From Mobula hypostoma (Eukaryota), in contig NC_086108.1 of assembly GCF_963921235.1 (NCBI RefSeq), positions 29,824,001-29,888,000 on the forward strand: a stretch of 64,000 nucleotides of DNA, written 5' to 3'. The notes under the pieces are model-generated. The model was not told where the DNA came from, ran no database searches, and worked only from the letters and a program-made list of their open reading frames with translations. Both the position numbers and the translations under genes were made by a program. Below, piece by piece: positions 1 through 13,754 of the stretch (positions within the stretch are counted from its first letter, which is position 1; each line of letters begins with the position of its first letter).

Positions 1-1366
1 AACTGGTAGGGTTGGGGTCACTAGTGCAGAAAATTTCTTGACATCAGATGCCCTCAGCTTGCTGCCAGCATTTTAGTTCCTGATCTTGCAAAGAGCAATA
101 CATGCATTTCCATATTCTGTCATTTTAAAAGTAATTCAAGTGTTTAATGTTACCAATGCCAATAAAATTCTCCTAATATGTTTGTTTTCCTGGAATATTT
201 AATTTTAATATTGCTTCTCCCTCCGAAGAAATGTTAAAAAACAATACAGAAGCTGGGTTTGTGTTATTGACCACCTGATTAGGCTGCGTCTAAACGTGCT
301 GGTAGCTGTAGGAAGACCAATTTTACTCTCATTTGTTCATTTGGAAGGAACACTATAAAATGGCCAAATCAAGGAAAACACCCAATTCCTCTGGGGCAGT
401 AGTTTGAGCACTGATTTGCTGATGCCAAGCTTTGCTTTAAAAAAGAGTCTTTGACTTGAAAAATAAATCTTTGGAATGTAGGTTGACGTTGCATAATTCC
501 TGGAACAAGTTTGCTGAAGGACGTATTTGATATGCTTGAAGTTCAAAGAGGGGAATACTAACATGTTTTATTTCATTGATGTTGGGGGAGTGGGAACAGG
601 AATAATGTGGGGTTGAGGTAGATTAGCCTTATTAAGTTTTCCAATCTTTTGCTGCATTTCCAGCCTCATTGCCCCATGCACTTTATAGTGGGCTGCATTA
701 AGTTGGACACTGAAAGTGTTCTTCTTCAACTATTAATCTGGGGTACTTGCAAATGGGGGTTGGATTCATTGTGCTGACTGAAAATTGTGATTGCCCCAGC
801 ATTGCCCTGGAGTGTCAACTCAACTCTGTCCTTGGGCATTGAAAGTGGCTCTGGAACCCACAGTCTTTTGTCTCAAGGCAAGTTTCATACCAGTGAGGCT
901 TGGCTAAGACCTACATTTAAGAAGCAGCACTAGGTCAGTGACATTTCCAATAAGATCTTTCTGGAGTTACTGATCATTATTATATTGTGTTGTCTGTTCT
1001 GTACACTTTCTACAAAGAACAACCTTCATTGACTTAGTAATTCTGAACTTGGATCAACAGGTGCACTTTCACCACTGCTGTAAAGGTTTTAATGCAATAC
1101 TAATGATTCTTTTGCAATACAAGGCTAAAAACCACTATTTAAAAATTTTCAAATTTCCTAAATGCTGCAAACCCCCCATGTTATTCCACTTAAAATATGT
1201 TTCATCTGATTGTCCCAAATATCTTGCAAGGAATAGATCTGAAGTAATGTACTTTTGGAATTGATGCATTGAACACAGGTGATCATGAGTAATTATTAGG
1301 ATCAGCAAAAAAATGTCAGATGCCTAATTTAACTTGCCAATGTTGATCATTGAAAAACTAAAAAGA

Positions 1367-1736
1367 ATGCAGAACATTTCATTCACAATGGCCATTGATT
1401 GACCACGGCACAAAACGACTGTGTTGCGCCATTGGCTTTTGAGACCACCTGATGAAGGAAGCTATTGATATAAAACTAGAGAAAAAGAATTTTAACAAAG
1501 GTGAAGGTCTTGTTCCAAGTAAGAACTGGAATTCGAACGTAAATGAGTTGGGACAGCAGAAACCTGATTGGATGAGGACTAACCAATTGGGGGGATGGAT
1601 GCCAAGGGTGTATAAATGGCATCAGTCTAGACATGCCTAGGCTTCATCCCTGATGAAGACAGCAGAGTCTGTCATCAAAACATCGGTTCAAATTGATACC
1701 TGTACCTGGCTAGAAGCCCAATAAGAGTTTATTCAT
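1367..1736 (+). mobile_element. Penelope-like retroelement 3' fragment (end of GIY-YIG domain plus pseudo-LTR with hammerhead remnant)
   Basis: Peptide EHFIHNGH...LMKEAIDIKLEKKNFNKGEG is typical of a PLE endonuclease C-terminus. CTGATGA lies at 1650. An exact 11-bp TSD AACTAAAAAGA flanks it at 1356-1366 and 1737-1747. Confidence 0.8.
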
Positions 1737-4225
1737 AACTAAAAAGACCTTCAATGAAATCTCAATCAAAGGTTTTTTCAATGGCCCCTTGTAAGAGCTT
1801 CTCAGAGATATTAATTGCACCTCTGCAATAGCACAGTTTTGTATTGCTTTGACATGCTTTTCCTCCACCAATATTTCCCTAATCCAAAGCCTCCTTTTGC
1901 ATCTTAAGTGGAGATTGCTTTTAAATGGGATATCATTCTCAGGAAATTGCAGCTGGGTGATTAAGGAATTTTGTCCTCATTTGCATGGGTCATCCCATTT
2001 GCATGAAAACCAACAACATATTTAATGAAATAAAGATTTAAGCGACCACAATAACTTGTATCTGGAGCAGCAACCAACCAGCTAGATGAACTCTAGGGGG
2101 TCAAGCAGCATCTGTGGGAGAAGATGGAGGGAGGTGAGGAGAAAGGAGGGAAAATTTAATTAAATATTGGAAGGATCTGTAATGTTCATAAATTAACCAT
2201 TACCCCAACATTTTCTCTTAATGCAGTTCATTGCTGATCGAGTATTCTTGCACTCATTCACAGCTGTAGGCCAGAGATTTTTGAGAAATTAAACAGCAGA
2301 GGGAACATTCTTTAAAAGGAACCCATTCTAGAGTGCTTGCTTCTGAATCTTTTTTTCATAGCATTAGAAGTAAAAACTTGTTAAAACTGTATACTGCTTT
2401 TGTGATATCACAGATTGACTACTTTGCTATTGTTAGTTCCTTCAATAAATTCTGAGCTATTTGATTATTTTTGGAGCATGTAAATACCTGTATTAAGTTT
2501 TTTTTATTTTCATACTCTAGAAATGCTTCTGTAAGTTCTCAGACAACACACCAGGAAAGACAATGTTATTGACTGGTTGGGCAACTTGATGAGACAACTG
2601 TACCTGGCTGTCAATCATTGGTTCAGACTGAATCCTGACAGCAGCTACTTGTCAACCCATGTTACAGTTTGTTGGGTAGTTGTCAGCAAGTGCTGAGGCT
2701 ATCTAGGTTGGGAGATACTGAAGTCCTGTTTTGCTTAACAAGGTTTCTTTTAAACACAAAACCATGGAGTACAGTCTTTACAGATTTAATGCACTTCACA
2801 GTATTGAGGGGGAAACATGGTTTCCAAACTTTAACAATTATGTGATATGCTTGCTTTGACAGAGTTATGCTCGAGCAAGGTCTTGTATTGTGAGCCAAGG
2901 TTTAGTGAAAATCCCCAGGTAGTTACATCACTGAAACTTTCTGTGTAAGTGCCGGCTGTTTTAAGAGAAAAATCCCAAGTGTAACGTGCAACCATTAGTG
3001 AATATTAAAGCATTAATCTTAGTTCAGAATTGTAGTTTTCCACTCAAACCACCCACATTGGAAAAAGCAGGTTTTTATATATAAAAAAAATGTAGCTGGA
3101 TGAGATTTGAGACAAATAAAATACCTCCAGGTTTTTGGTGAGGTGCCAATTGGAAATTGGGTTCGTTCCTTGAACTGATGAAAAAAAAGTCTGCTTGAAG
3201 TCTTGAAATGGATGAGGTAAACTTTCTAACCAAACTTTTTTAACCGTTTTGCTAACGGTAAGAAGGGGCAATAAAATATTTAAATAGGCTGGGGAGCATC
3301 TGTTGAAGGTTTTTGACCTACAATGTCAAATATTTCTCTTTCCATCGATGCTAACAATTTGTTTGTATTTCAACTTTCCAGTTTTTTTTTATTTTCATCA
3401 GACACTTGAACAACATTGTTGCAATAGGTTAAAGCACTAAATACTTCAATATATTAGAAAGGTTGTAAAATACTGCATGCTATCCAAATACAGTAGTCCT
3501 TTGCAGTTTAGATTTCACATTGTCTAATAGAAAAATAAGACATTTTAATAAGTGGATGCAAAATGGGTTTGCCGTTTAGAAAGGCAGGAGTGAATTGTGT
3601 AGCTGAGGATGTCTTTCATTTATTTCAATGGTCATATACAATGTATTGTGTGGAATGCTATTTGACCCAACAGTCCATGGCATGGAGTACTTTTAAGCCA
3701 CGAGTGAATATTATTATGCTAGCCTGTCACATTCTTCCGATCTGACTGCTTTGTATTGCTGAAGGCAGATGAGTTTGTGCCAAATTTCAGCAGATGTTTT
3801 TTATTAAATTACTGCTATTGTAATTCTTCCAGACAGCAAGAGTATGCATCTGCCACAAAACTCTAGCTTTCCACATGGACAGTTGGAATTCTTTTGGCCC
3901 GTTTTTTTTCTTGAATTAATTTAGTAATCACATGGAATGCAAGCAAGACTTTCTCCCGTGATGAAGAACAGCCATTGTTTTTTAGCTTTGGTCCTGCTGA
4001 AATCTGAGCTACCTAGTGTATACTATGATGTGACCTAAACATTTGGTTGTAATACGGATTTTGCTGGATAATGGTTTAGGATTGTAATTGCTAATGGGGT
4101 GTTGCAGAGAAGAAAATTGTCCGTGTAGTTAAAGCATTTGTGATTTATTTTCCTGTAGTGTTTTATTTTTGCTGGACTGTCTGAATTAATACCGCAGTTG
4201 GAAATCATTAGCAGGCACTTGGGAA

Positions 4226-4672
4226 CACACAGAAAATGCTGGAGGATCTCAGCAGGCCTAGGCAGCATCTATGGAAAAGAGTACAGTTGACTTTTTAGGC
4301 CAAGACCCTTCAGCTGGACTGGAGAGAAAAAGATGAGGAGTAGATTTAAAAAGTTGGGGGAGGGGAGAGAGAAATACAAGGTGATATGTGAAACCGGGAG
4401 GGGGAGGGGCAAAGTGAAGTGCTGGGAAGTTGATTGAAAGAGATAAAGGGCTGGAGAAGGGGGAATCTAATAGGAGAGGACAGAAAGCCGTGGAAGAAAG
4501 AAAAGTGGGGAGGAACAGCAGAGGGAGGTGATGGGCAGGCAAGGTGATAAGGGGACACTTCACCTGTGAGACTGTTGGGGTCATATACTGTGTCCCCTGC
4601 TCCCAGTGCGGCCTCAGGTATTGGGGAGACACGATACCAATTGGGAGACCACTTCGCTGAGCACCTGCACTC
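4226..4672 (-). mobile_element. Penelope-like fragment with inverted arrangement (minus-strand 3' end 4226-4552, plus-strand GIY-YIG piece 4553-4672)
   Basis: 4226-4552 matches 5970-6170 and 9645-9790. 4556-4672 on + reads HFTCETVGVIYCVPCSQCGL..GETRYQLGDHFAEHLHS. Confidence 0.8.
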
Positions 4673-5927
4673 TGATAAATGCCCGAGCCATGTCTGCGGT
4701 CATCATTGATGCTTGGGGGGCAACCTCTGGCCACCTGGTTTTACAGTCCACCATGGTAAGGAGAGGCCACGGGAGGGAAGAAAGAGGACCGACAAGGTCA
4801 CATTGACATGGACAAACTGTCATCCAGGGATCTCAAAAGGTGCCAATGGCGCCTGGATATGATGGTCAATTTCTTGCCCACTGGCACTCCCCACAGGTTA
4901 CACTCTAATCATTTCTAAGTCCATGCCACACAAACTTCAGTGCAATCAGTTTCTACGAGGCCTTCTGTTTCGGATGCGAGAGGCCATGTATGGAGTTAAA
5001 AACAATCTGTCTCCAGTTTGTAGGCAGAATGAAGTGAGACAATACACAGGAGAGAATCCCCAGCTTCCCTGAACTTAATGTCAGCCAACCGCAGGTCTGT
5101 GACTGCATTTCAGTAAGCCTGGACCTCTGGGTCAGTAGCTTAGTCGGCTGCATAGTCAACCCCTATGTGTATGGCCTAATGACTGGCCGTGAGAGACAAT
5201 CAACCACAGCATTATTTTTTTCCCTTGATATGCTGTATATCAGTTGTGAGCTCCTGATATGTAGGCTGTGCGGACAAAAGGTCTGATATTTTGGCCATTG
5301 TGCGCACGAGGGGTTTATGGTCAACAAACGTTGTGACATGGTGACCCTCTAGAAGAAAATGAAAATGGTGGATAGCCAGACTGAGACCATGAATCTCACG
5401 ATAAAATGTGCTACACTTCCTTTTGGGGGCACGGCGCTGCTGGCTGAAGAAGGTGAACGGCTGCCACGTGCCTCCAAACAACTATTCATACACAGCACCA
5501 ACAGCATAGACTGAGGCATCAATAATAATAGGTATGGGTGCATTGGGAAGCGGGTGAGCCAGTAGGGTCGCATTAGAAAGAGTGGATTTCAGATCAACAA
5601 ATGCCCTGGTCATGTCCGCTGACTGGTCAAGCACATGATTAGGGTATTGCCTTTAAATGCACTATACAGTGGGAGTATAAGTACAGTAGCTCACAAATGA
5701 AGCGGTGACAGAAATTCACCATACCTTATAAACTCATGTAGTTTTTTTAGTAGTGCGGGGCAGAAGGAAATCCATAATAGCAGCTACTTTTGTTGGGAGG
5801 GGTTTTGCACCTTCTGCGGAAATGCGGTGGCCAAGAACGTCATTGGCTGACAACCGAAACTGGCATTTAGCAGGACTAATAATCAACCGTAATGTTGTAA
5901 GTGCTCAAAGTGTGCAGAGGTGAGATA
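4673..5927 (-). mobile_element. Gypsy LTR retrotransposon, 3' part of pol (end of RT, RNase H, integrase), decayed and 3'-truncated
   Basis: Motifs WQPFTFFS...REIHGLSLAIHHFHFLLEG..VTTFVDHKPL, SIHGLSHP and DLVGPL...LTMVDCKTRWPEV. Confidence 0.9.
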
Positions 5928-8900
5928 TATAAACAAGAAAAGATCTGTAGAAGCTGGGAGTCAAAGTAATACACACAAAATGCTGGAGGAACTCAGCAGG
6001 CCAGGCAGCATCTATGGAAATGTGTAAACAGTTGGCGTTTTAGGCCGTGACCCTTCATTAGGACTTGAAGAAAGAGATGAGAAGTCAGAGTAAGAAGGTG
6101 GGTGGAGAGGGGAGGAAGAAGTGCAATGTAGTAGGCGATAGGTGAAACCATGAGAGGAGGAGGGGTGAAGGGATATTTCTGATCGCGTCCAAGTTATCCT
6201 GAAGTGGGAGGGTGAGGAGCCAGAGGTTGTGGTACAAATAGGTACCAATGACAAAGGTAGGAAAAGGGAAGAGGTACTGAAAGGAGAATATAGGGGGCTG
6301 AGAAGAAGGACCACAAAGGTAGTAATCTCGGGATTACTGCCTGTGCCTCCCGACAGTGAGAGTAGGAAAGGAAAGAGGTGGAGAATAAATGTGTGGCTGA
6401 GGGATTGGAGCAGGGGGCAGGGATTCAAGTTTCTGGATCATTGGGACCTTTTTTGGGGTAGGTGTGACCTGTACAAAAAGGACGGGTTGCAGTTGAATCC
6501 TAGGGGGATCAATATCCTGGCGGGGAGATTTGCGAAGGCTGCTGGGGAGACTTTAAACTAGAATGGTTGAGGGGTGGGAATCAGATTGAAGAGACTAGCA
6601 GAGAGGAGGTTAGTTCACAAATAGAGAAAACTGGTAGACAGTGTATGAAGGAGGATAGGCAGGTGACAGACAAGAGGAGTGCTCAGACCGAAGATGCAGG
6701 GGAGAAGGAAGAAAAAAGTAATAAAGTTGTTTGCACCATTAGGGATAAACAGAGAATAAGAGGTGGAGAGTTTCTTAAATGCATCTATTTCAATGCTAGG
6801 AGCATTGTAAGAAAGGTGGATGAGCTTAGAGCATGGATTGATACCTGGAAATATGATGTTGTAGCTATTAGAGAAACATGGTTGCAGGAGGGGTGTGATT
6901 GGCAACTAAATATTCCTGGATTTCGTTGCTGCCGGTGTGATAGAATTGGAGGGGCAAGAGGGGGAGGTGTTGCATTGCTTGTCAGAGAAAATATTACAGC
7001 GGTGCTTTGGCAGGATAGATTAGAGAGCTCATCTAGGGAGGCTATTTGGGTGAAATTGAGGAATGGGAAAGGTGTAGTAACACTTATAGGGGTGTATTAT
7101 AGACCACCTAATGGGGAGCGAGAATTGGAGGAGCAAATTTGTAAGGAGATAGCAGATATTTGTAGTAAGCACAAGGTGTGACTGTGGCAGATTTTAAGTT
7201 TCCACACATAGACTGGGAAGTCCATTCTGTAAAAGGGTTGGATGGTTTGGAGTTTGTAAAATGTGTGCAGGATAGTTTTTTGCGGCAATACATAGAGGTA
7301 CCAACTAGAGAAGGGGCAGTGTTGGATCTCCTATTAGGGAATGAGATAGGTCAGGTGACGGAGGTATGTGTTGGGGAGCACTTCGGGTCCAGTGATCACA
7401 ATGCCATTAGTTTCAATATAGTTATGGAGAAGGATAAGACTGGACCCAGGGTTGAGATTTTTTGATTGGAGAAAGGCTAACTTTGAGGAGATGTGAAAGG
7501 ATTTAGAAGGAGTGGATTGGGACAATTTGTTTTATGGGAAGGATGTAATAGAGAAATGGATGTAATTTAAAGGTGAAATTTTGAGGGTACAGAATCTTTA
7601 TGTTCCTGTTAGGTTGAAAGGAAAGGTTAAAATAGCCATGGTTTTCAAGGGACATTGGAAACTTGATTCAGAAAAAGAGAGAGATCTACAATAAATATAG
7701 GCAGCATGGAGTAAATGAGGTGCTCGAGGAGTATAAAGAATATAAAAAGAATCTTAAGAAAGAAATTAGAAAAAACTAAAAGAAGATACGAGGCTGCTTT
7801 AGCAAGTAAGGTGAAAATAAATCCAAAGGGTTTCTACAGTTATATTAATAGCAAAAGGATAGTGAGGGATAAAATTGGTCCCTTAGAGAATCAGAGTGGA
7901 TGGCTATGTGCGGAGCCAAAAGAGATGGGGTAGATTTTGAACTGTTTCTTTTCTTCGGTATTCACTAAGGAGAAGAATATTGAATTGTGTAAGGTAAGGG
8001 AAACAAGTAGGGTAGTTATGGAAACTATGATGATTAAAGAAGAGGAAGTACTGGCACTTTTAAAAAATATAAAAGTGGATAAGTCTCCAGGTCCTGACAG
8101 GATATCCCCTTGGACCTTGAGTGAAGTTAGTGTAGAAATAGCAGGGGCAATGACAGAAATATTCAAATGTTATTAGAAACGGGGATGGTGCCGTAGGATT
8201 GGCGTGTTGCTCATATGGTTCCATTGTTTACAAAGGGTTCTAAGAGTAAACCTAGCAATTATCGGCCTGTGAATTTGACATCAGTGGTGGGTAAATTAGT
8301 GGAATATATTCTTAGAGATGGTATATATAATTATCTGGATAGAGTGTCTGATTAGGAACAGTCAACATGGATTTGTGCGTGGAAGGTCATGTTTGACAAA
8401 TCTTATTGAATTTTTTGAAGAGTTTACTAGGAAAATTGACGAGGGTAAAGCGGTGGATGTTGTCTATATGGACTTCAGTAAGGCCTTTGACAAGGTTCCA
8501 CATGGAAGGTTAGCTAGGAAGGTTCAATCGTTGGGTATTAATATTGAAGTAGTAAAATGGATTCAACAGTGTGGCTGGATGGGAGATGCCAGAGAGTAGT
8601 GGTGGATAACTGTTTGTCAGGTTGGAGGCCGGTGACTAGTGGTGTGCCTCAGGGATCTGTACTGGGTCCAATGTTGTTTGTCATATATATTAATGATCTG
8701 GATGATGGGGTGGTAAATTGGATTAGTAAGTATGCAGATGATACTAAGCTAGGTGGTGTTGTGGATAATGAAGTAGGTTTTCAAAGCTTGCAGAGATTTA
8801 GGCCAGTTAGAAGAGTGGGCTAAAAGATGGCAGATGGAGTTTAATGCTGATGAGTGTGAGGTGCTACATTTTGGTAGGACTAATCAAAATAGGACGTACG

Positions 8901-11900
8901 TGGTAAATGGTAGGGCATTGAGGAATGCAGTAGAACAGAGTGATTAGGAATAATGGTGCATAGTTCCCTGAAGGTGGAATCTCATGTGGATAGGGTGGTG
9001 AAGAAAGCTTTTGGTACGCTGGCCTTTATAAATCAGAGCATTGAGTATAGGAGTTGGGATGTAATGTTAAAATTGTACAAGGCATTGGTGAGGCCAAATT
9101 TGGAGTATTGTGTATAGTTCTGGTCACCGAATTATAGGAAAGATGTCAACAAAATAGAGAGAGTACAGAGGAGATTTACTAGAATGTTACCTGGGTTTCA
9201 GCACCTAAGTTACAGAGAAAGGTTGAACAAGTTAGGTCTATATTCTTTGGAGCGTAGAAGGTTGAGGGGGGACGATAGAGGTATTTAAAATTATGAGGGG
9301 AATAGATAGAGTTGACGTGGATAGGCTTTTTCCATTGAGAGTAGGGGAGATTCAAACAAGAGGACATGAGTTGAGAGTTAAGAGGCAAAAGTTTAGGGGT
9401 AACACAAGGGGGAACTTCTTTACTCAGAGAGTGGTAGCTGTGTGGAACGAGCTTCCAGTAGAAGTGGTAGAGGCAGGTTCGATTTTGTCATTTAAAATAA
9501 ATTGGATAGGTATATGGACAGGAAAGGAATGGAGGGTTATGGGCTGAGTGCAGGTAGATGGGACTAGGTGAGAGTAAGCGTTTGGCACAGGCTAGAAGGG
9601 CCGAGATGGCCTATTTCCATGCTGTGATTGTTATATGGTTATATAAGTAAAGAGCTGAGAAGTCGATTGGGGAAAGAGATAAAGGCTGGAGAAGAAGGAA
9701 TCTGTTAGGAGAGGACAGAAGGCCATGGAAGAAAGGAAAGGGGGAGGAGTACCTGAGGGAGGTGATGGTCAGGTAAAGAGGTAAGGTGAGAGGGAAATTG
9801 GAATGGGGAATGGTGATGGGGGGGCGGGGGGAGGAGGGGTTGCAATTCCTGAAAGTTCGAGAAATTGATGTTCATGCCATCAGGTAGGAGGCTACCCAGA
9901 CAGAATATAAGGTGCTGCTCCTCCAGTCTGAATGTCGCCTCACAAGGACAGTAGGGGAGACCATGGACTGACATGTTGGAATGAGAATGGGAAGTAGAAT
10001 TTAAACAGGTGGCCACTGGGAAATCCCACTTTTTCTGGCGAATGGAGCCTAGGTGCTCAGTGAAGTGATCTCCCAATCTACGTTGGGTCTCAACAATATA
10101 TAGGAGGCCACACTGGGAACAATGGATACTGTAGACCCCAACAGACTCACAGGTGAAGTGTTGCCTCACCTGGAAGGACTGTCTCGGGCCTTGAATGGTA
10201 GTGAGGGAGGATTTGTAGGGGCAGTTGTGGCACTTGTCCCTCCCCACTGATCTCCCTCCTGGTACATCTTTGCATGCAGAACAAGTGGACAAGAGAGTCA
10301 CATAGGGAGCGATTGCTGCAGAAAGTGGGAGGGGGAGGGAAACATGTTCTTGATGGTGAGATCCCATTGGAGATGCTATAACTTATGGAGAATTATGTGC
10401 TGGATGCAGATGCTGGTGGGGTGGTAGGTGAGGAGCTCTATCCCTGGTGGTATGGCAGATGGATGGGGTGAGGGCAGACATGCGTGCAATGAAAGAGATG
10501 CGGATGAGGGCAGCATTGATGGTGGAGGAAGGGAAATCCTTTTCTTTAAAGAAGGAGACCTCATTATTTCTGGAATGAAAAGCCTCATCCTGAAAGCAGA
10601 TGCAGCAGAGATGGAAGAATTAAGAGAAGGGATGGCATTTTTACAAGTAAATGGGTGGAAGAGGTATAGGCCAGGTGGCTGTGAGAGTCAGTGGGTTTGT
10701 AAAACATATCAGCGGATAACCTGTCTCCAGAGATAGAGACAGAGATTGAGAGAGGGAAGGGGAGGGGTTGGAAATGGATCAGGTAAATTTGAGGGCAGGA
10801 TGGAAGTTGGAGGCAAACTTAAGAAGTCACTGAACTTGGCATGGGTGCAGGAAACAATACCAATGCAGTCATCAATGTAGCATAGGAAAAGTCGGGGAAT
10901 GATACCAGTGTAGGCTTGGAACATAGACTGTTCCTTGTAGCCAACAAAAAGGCAGGCATAGCTGGGACCCATGTGAATGCCTATGGCTACACCTTTTGTT
11001 TGAGGGAAGTGGGACCAGCTGAATGGTGGAGGGGAACTGGTTAGGTCTGGTGTCCAGACCTTCCTGATGGGGGATGGAGGTGTATAGGGACTGGACATCC
11101 ATAGTGAAAATGAGATGGCCAGGGCCAGGGAACCTGAAATCATTGAAAAAATCAAGAGCATGTGAAGTGTCACAGATGTAGATAGGAGAGCACTGAACCG
11201 GGGGGATAAAACAGAGTCAAGGTATGCAAATATAAGTTTGGTGGAGCAAGAACAAGCAGAAACAATGGGCCTACCTGGACAGGAAGGTTTGTGGATCTTG
11301 GGAAGGAGGTATAAATGGGAAGTGTAGGGTAAGGGAACCATAAGGTTGGTGGCAGTGGATGGGAGATCCCCAAATTTAATAAGGTCAGGGGTGACAATGG
11401 CCTGGTGCTCCTTAGTTGGCTCCTGTTCAAGGTGTAAGAGGAGGTGTCTGAAAGTTGTTGCCCGGCCTCAGCAAGGTAGAGGTCAGTCTGCCGGACTACT
11501 GCAGCAACTCCCCCATCTGCGGGTTTGATGCTAAGATTAGGATTAATGCAAAGAGAGAGGAGAGCAGTGCATTCAGAAGGAGTGAGGTTAGAATTGGAGG
11601 GAGGAGTGGCAAAGCCGAAATAGTTGATATCTCATCGCCAGTTAGCAGTGAAAAGATCCAGAGAAGACAGAGTGAATGTCCAGGAAGAGGATGAGGGTTG
11701 AAGATGGGAGATTGATGCAGGTTGGAGAGTCCTTGCCAAAGAAATAGGCACGGAGACAGAGTTGGAAGAAGAGCTCAGTGTCATGGCGGGCATGGAAATC
11801 ACTGATGTGTGGGTGCAGGGGGACAAAGGAAAGGCCCCTACTGAGGACAGAAAATTCTGCCTCAGAGAGGGGAAGGTCAGAGGGAATTGTGAAGAGTTAG

Positions 11901-12101
11901 GATCAGAGGGCAGAAGGGGGCTGGTGTGTCTGAGGATGGGAGGATTGGGTTGTTCAGGGAAAGTGGGGTGGGAGGAAGATAGTCTCCAAGGACATGAGCT
12001 GACATTGGGACCTGAGAGGCACGGGATTGCAGAGTGGAGGTGGGTAGGGGACACTGGGGTTGCAGCAGCAATGTGTAAAGTCCCGGTCTGGTGGTGCTAT
12101 C
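5928..12101 (-). mobile_element. Long Penelope-like element (RT plus GIY-YIG), frameshifted, interrupted by a CR1 at 6171-9644
   Basis: Motifs LYLLPKIHKP..PGRPIVSAC, MDVQSLYTSIPH, QTKGVAIG..MGPSYACLF, YIDDC and the GIY-YIG motif VYSIHCSQCGLLYI.ETQRRLGDHFTEH. It is flanked by the direct repeat GGTGAGATA (5919-5927, 12102-12110). Confidence 0.9.
6171..9644 (+). mobile_element. CR1-clade LINE, 5'-truncated in the ORF1 esterase; full ORF2 (APE endonuclease plus RT) with stops and frameshifts
   Basis: ORF1 motifs VQIGTND and KKDGLQLN. ORF2 motifs [58 protein letters not shown] and YADDTK. It ends in a GTTATATG repeat tail. Confidence 0.97.
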
Positions 12102-13754
12102 GGTGAGATACGTGTCCATATTTGGATGCTCTGGTGACAAGTATGTCATCCAGTAAACAGAAAGAAAATCTGTCTTTTAATACGGGGTGCATCGGCCATT
12201 GGAAGGTCTGTGCACAGAAACTCAGAGCCCAAATGGAGTTAGCACAGCCATTTTGGGAATGTCCACTGAGCACACATGCCCTGATCGTAGCTACTAACTA
12301 GATTGACTTTGGAAAAGCTAACTTTCTGGCTAAACATGCCAAAAAGTCTTGGACGTAAGGGACCAGGTAACGATCAGGAGTGGTGTCCTCGTTAAGGTGT
12401 GAGTAATCGTCACATGGGCAACAACCACCATTGGATGTGGGGACGACAAGGAGGGGCGACTCCCAAGGTTTATTGGACTGGCATACAATGCCGAATCTTT
12501 CCATGTTGCCAAACTCAGCCTTCGTGGTTGCCAGTTTTTTTGGGTCCAGTCTGTGCGTGCAGGCATGGACTGGCATGCCAGTTGTGGGAAGATGGTGCTC
12601 AACCCCATGTTTTGTGACTGTGGTGGAGAATGTGCGCTTGGTGAGGTTTGGAAATTCACCCAGCAGTCAAGTGAACTCACATGCAGTGGTGCATGTGCTT
12701 GACAGAGTTGTGGGGAACTTACTGGGGGAACAGGGTAATGACCCAAAGTCCTTGATAGCCACAAGCTAGGAATTTTTAAGATTGACTGGGCACACAGGAA
12801 ATCTGTGCCGAGCAGAGGTCTAGCCACTTGAGCCAGGACAAAGTCTCATGTTTAACATCGCTGACTGAACCAGAGTGCCAATCCTCGTGTCTGGTAAATC
12901 TGGATCCTGCCGCTGTTGGCCGCCTCCAGAGAGGTTATGTCACTCTTTGCCTTCTCATCAATTGGCGACGCTGGCAGCACACTCACTTGAGCACCTGTGT
13001 CACAAGGAAGAATTGCCCTGAAAGAGTGTCCATAATGAACAGTAGACCGCCCTGGCAGCTGGAACCTACGATGGTCACAGACCTCTGATGTCCCGATGTG
13101 CTGGCATTGTCAAAGCTGCGAGGCGATTGGCACTTCTTCAAGTTCGTATCAAAGTGAGCATGGTTAAAACACAGACCAGGCATAGTCTGTTTACAGCATT
13201 AGTTAGTCTGTTTCATGTGCTCATGTTGAGGGCCTTGATGTCTCGGCTTATCAGGACAGGGAAAAGAGGAGCTGCCTAGCTGAGACTATCAGCCTTTTTA
13301 GCAAGCTCCCTATAGTCCTTCCCAGATATATTCGCGAGGGCTATGTGACCTTAATCAGGCATTTGCTGCATGAAGAGTTCTTTAAAAATAAAACAAGAAT
13401 GATAATTTCCCAGGGGAGACGGCATGTGGCCCATTAGCTCTGATGGCTTAGCATCGCTGAGGCTGGGCAAGGAGAGCAACTGTTTGGAGTGCTCAGACTC
13501 CCACAGTCCAAAAGTCTGTGAAAGGTTAATTTATTGTGTTCAGATGTGTGTTCTGGTAGACTCATCACTCTCGTGACCTTGGAGTTTCCAAGCTACACGA
13601 CCACATTTGGTGTCGTCATTGGCTATCTTTCCCAGCATGAATTGGGCTTCAGCTTAAACAAGCCAAGCTCCTAAAACTGCAGTTTTTCAAAGAGACTGCA
13701 TTGGCCGACTTGTTCAATAACTCTGGAATCATTCTAGAGCATCGGGGTCACTAA
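12102..13754 (-). mobile_element. Gypsy LTR retrotransposon, 5' part (PBS, gag, protease, RT), same element as 4673-5927
   Basis: Gag ANAVSLK..AEAQF and CFNHAHF..KKC; protease region LFIMDTLSGQFFL and PLLGTDFL; RT PWESPLLVVP, TTPDRY and Y.DDILV. The PBS TAGTGACCCCGATG on minus at about 13740-13753 resembles the tRNA-Trp PBS TGGTGACCCCGACG. Confidence 0.9.

Noticed and set aside
11..28. GTTGGGGTCACTAGTG resembling the tRNA-Trp PBS seen near 13740
   Set aside because: At the window edge with no supporting LTR or gag sequence.
3780..4225. Possible further integrase-like traces on minus (VPKCLLMISNCG, LLCNTP, NKKHLL)
   Set aside because: The motifs are too short and degenerate to support without a profile search.
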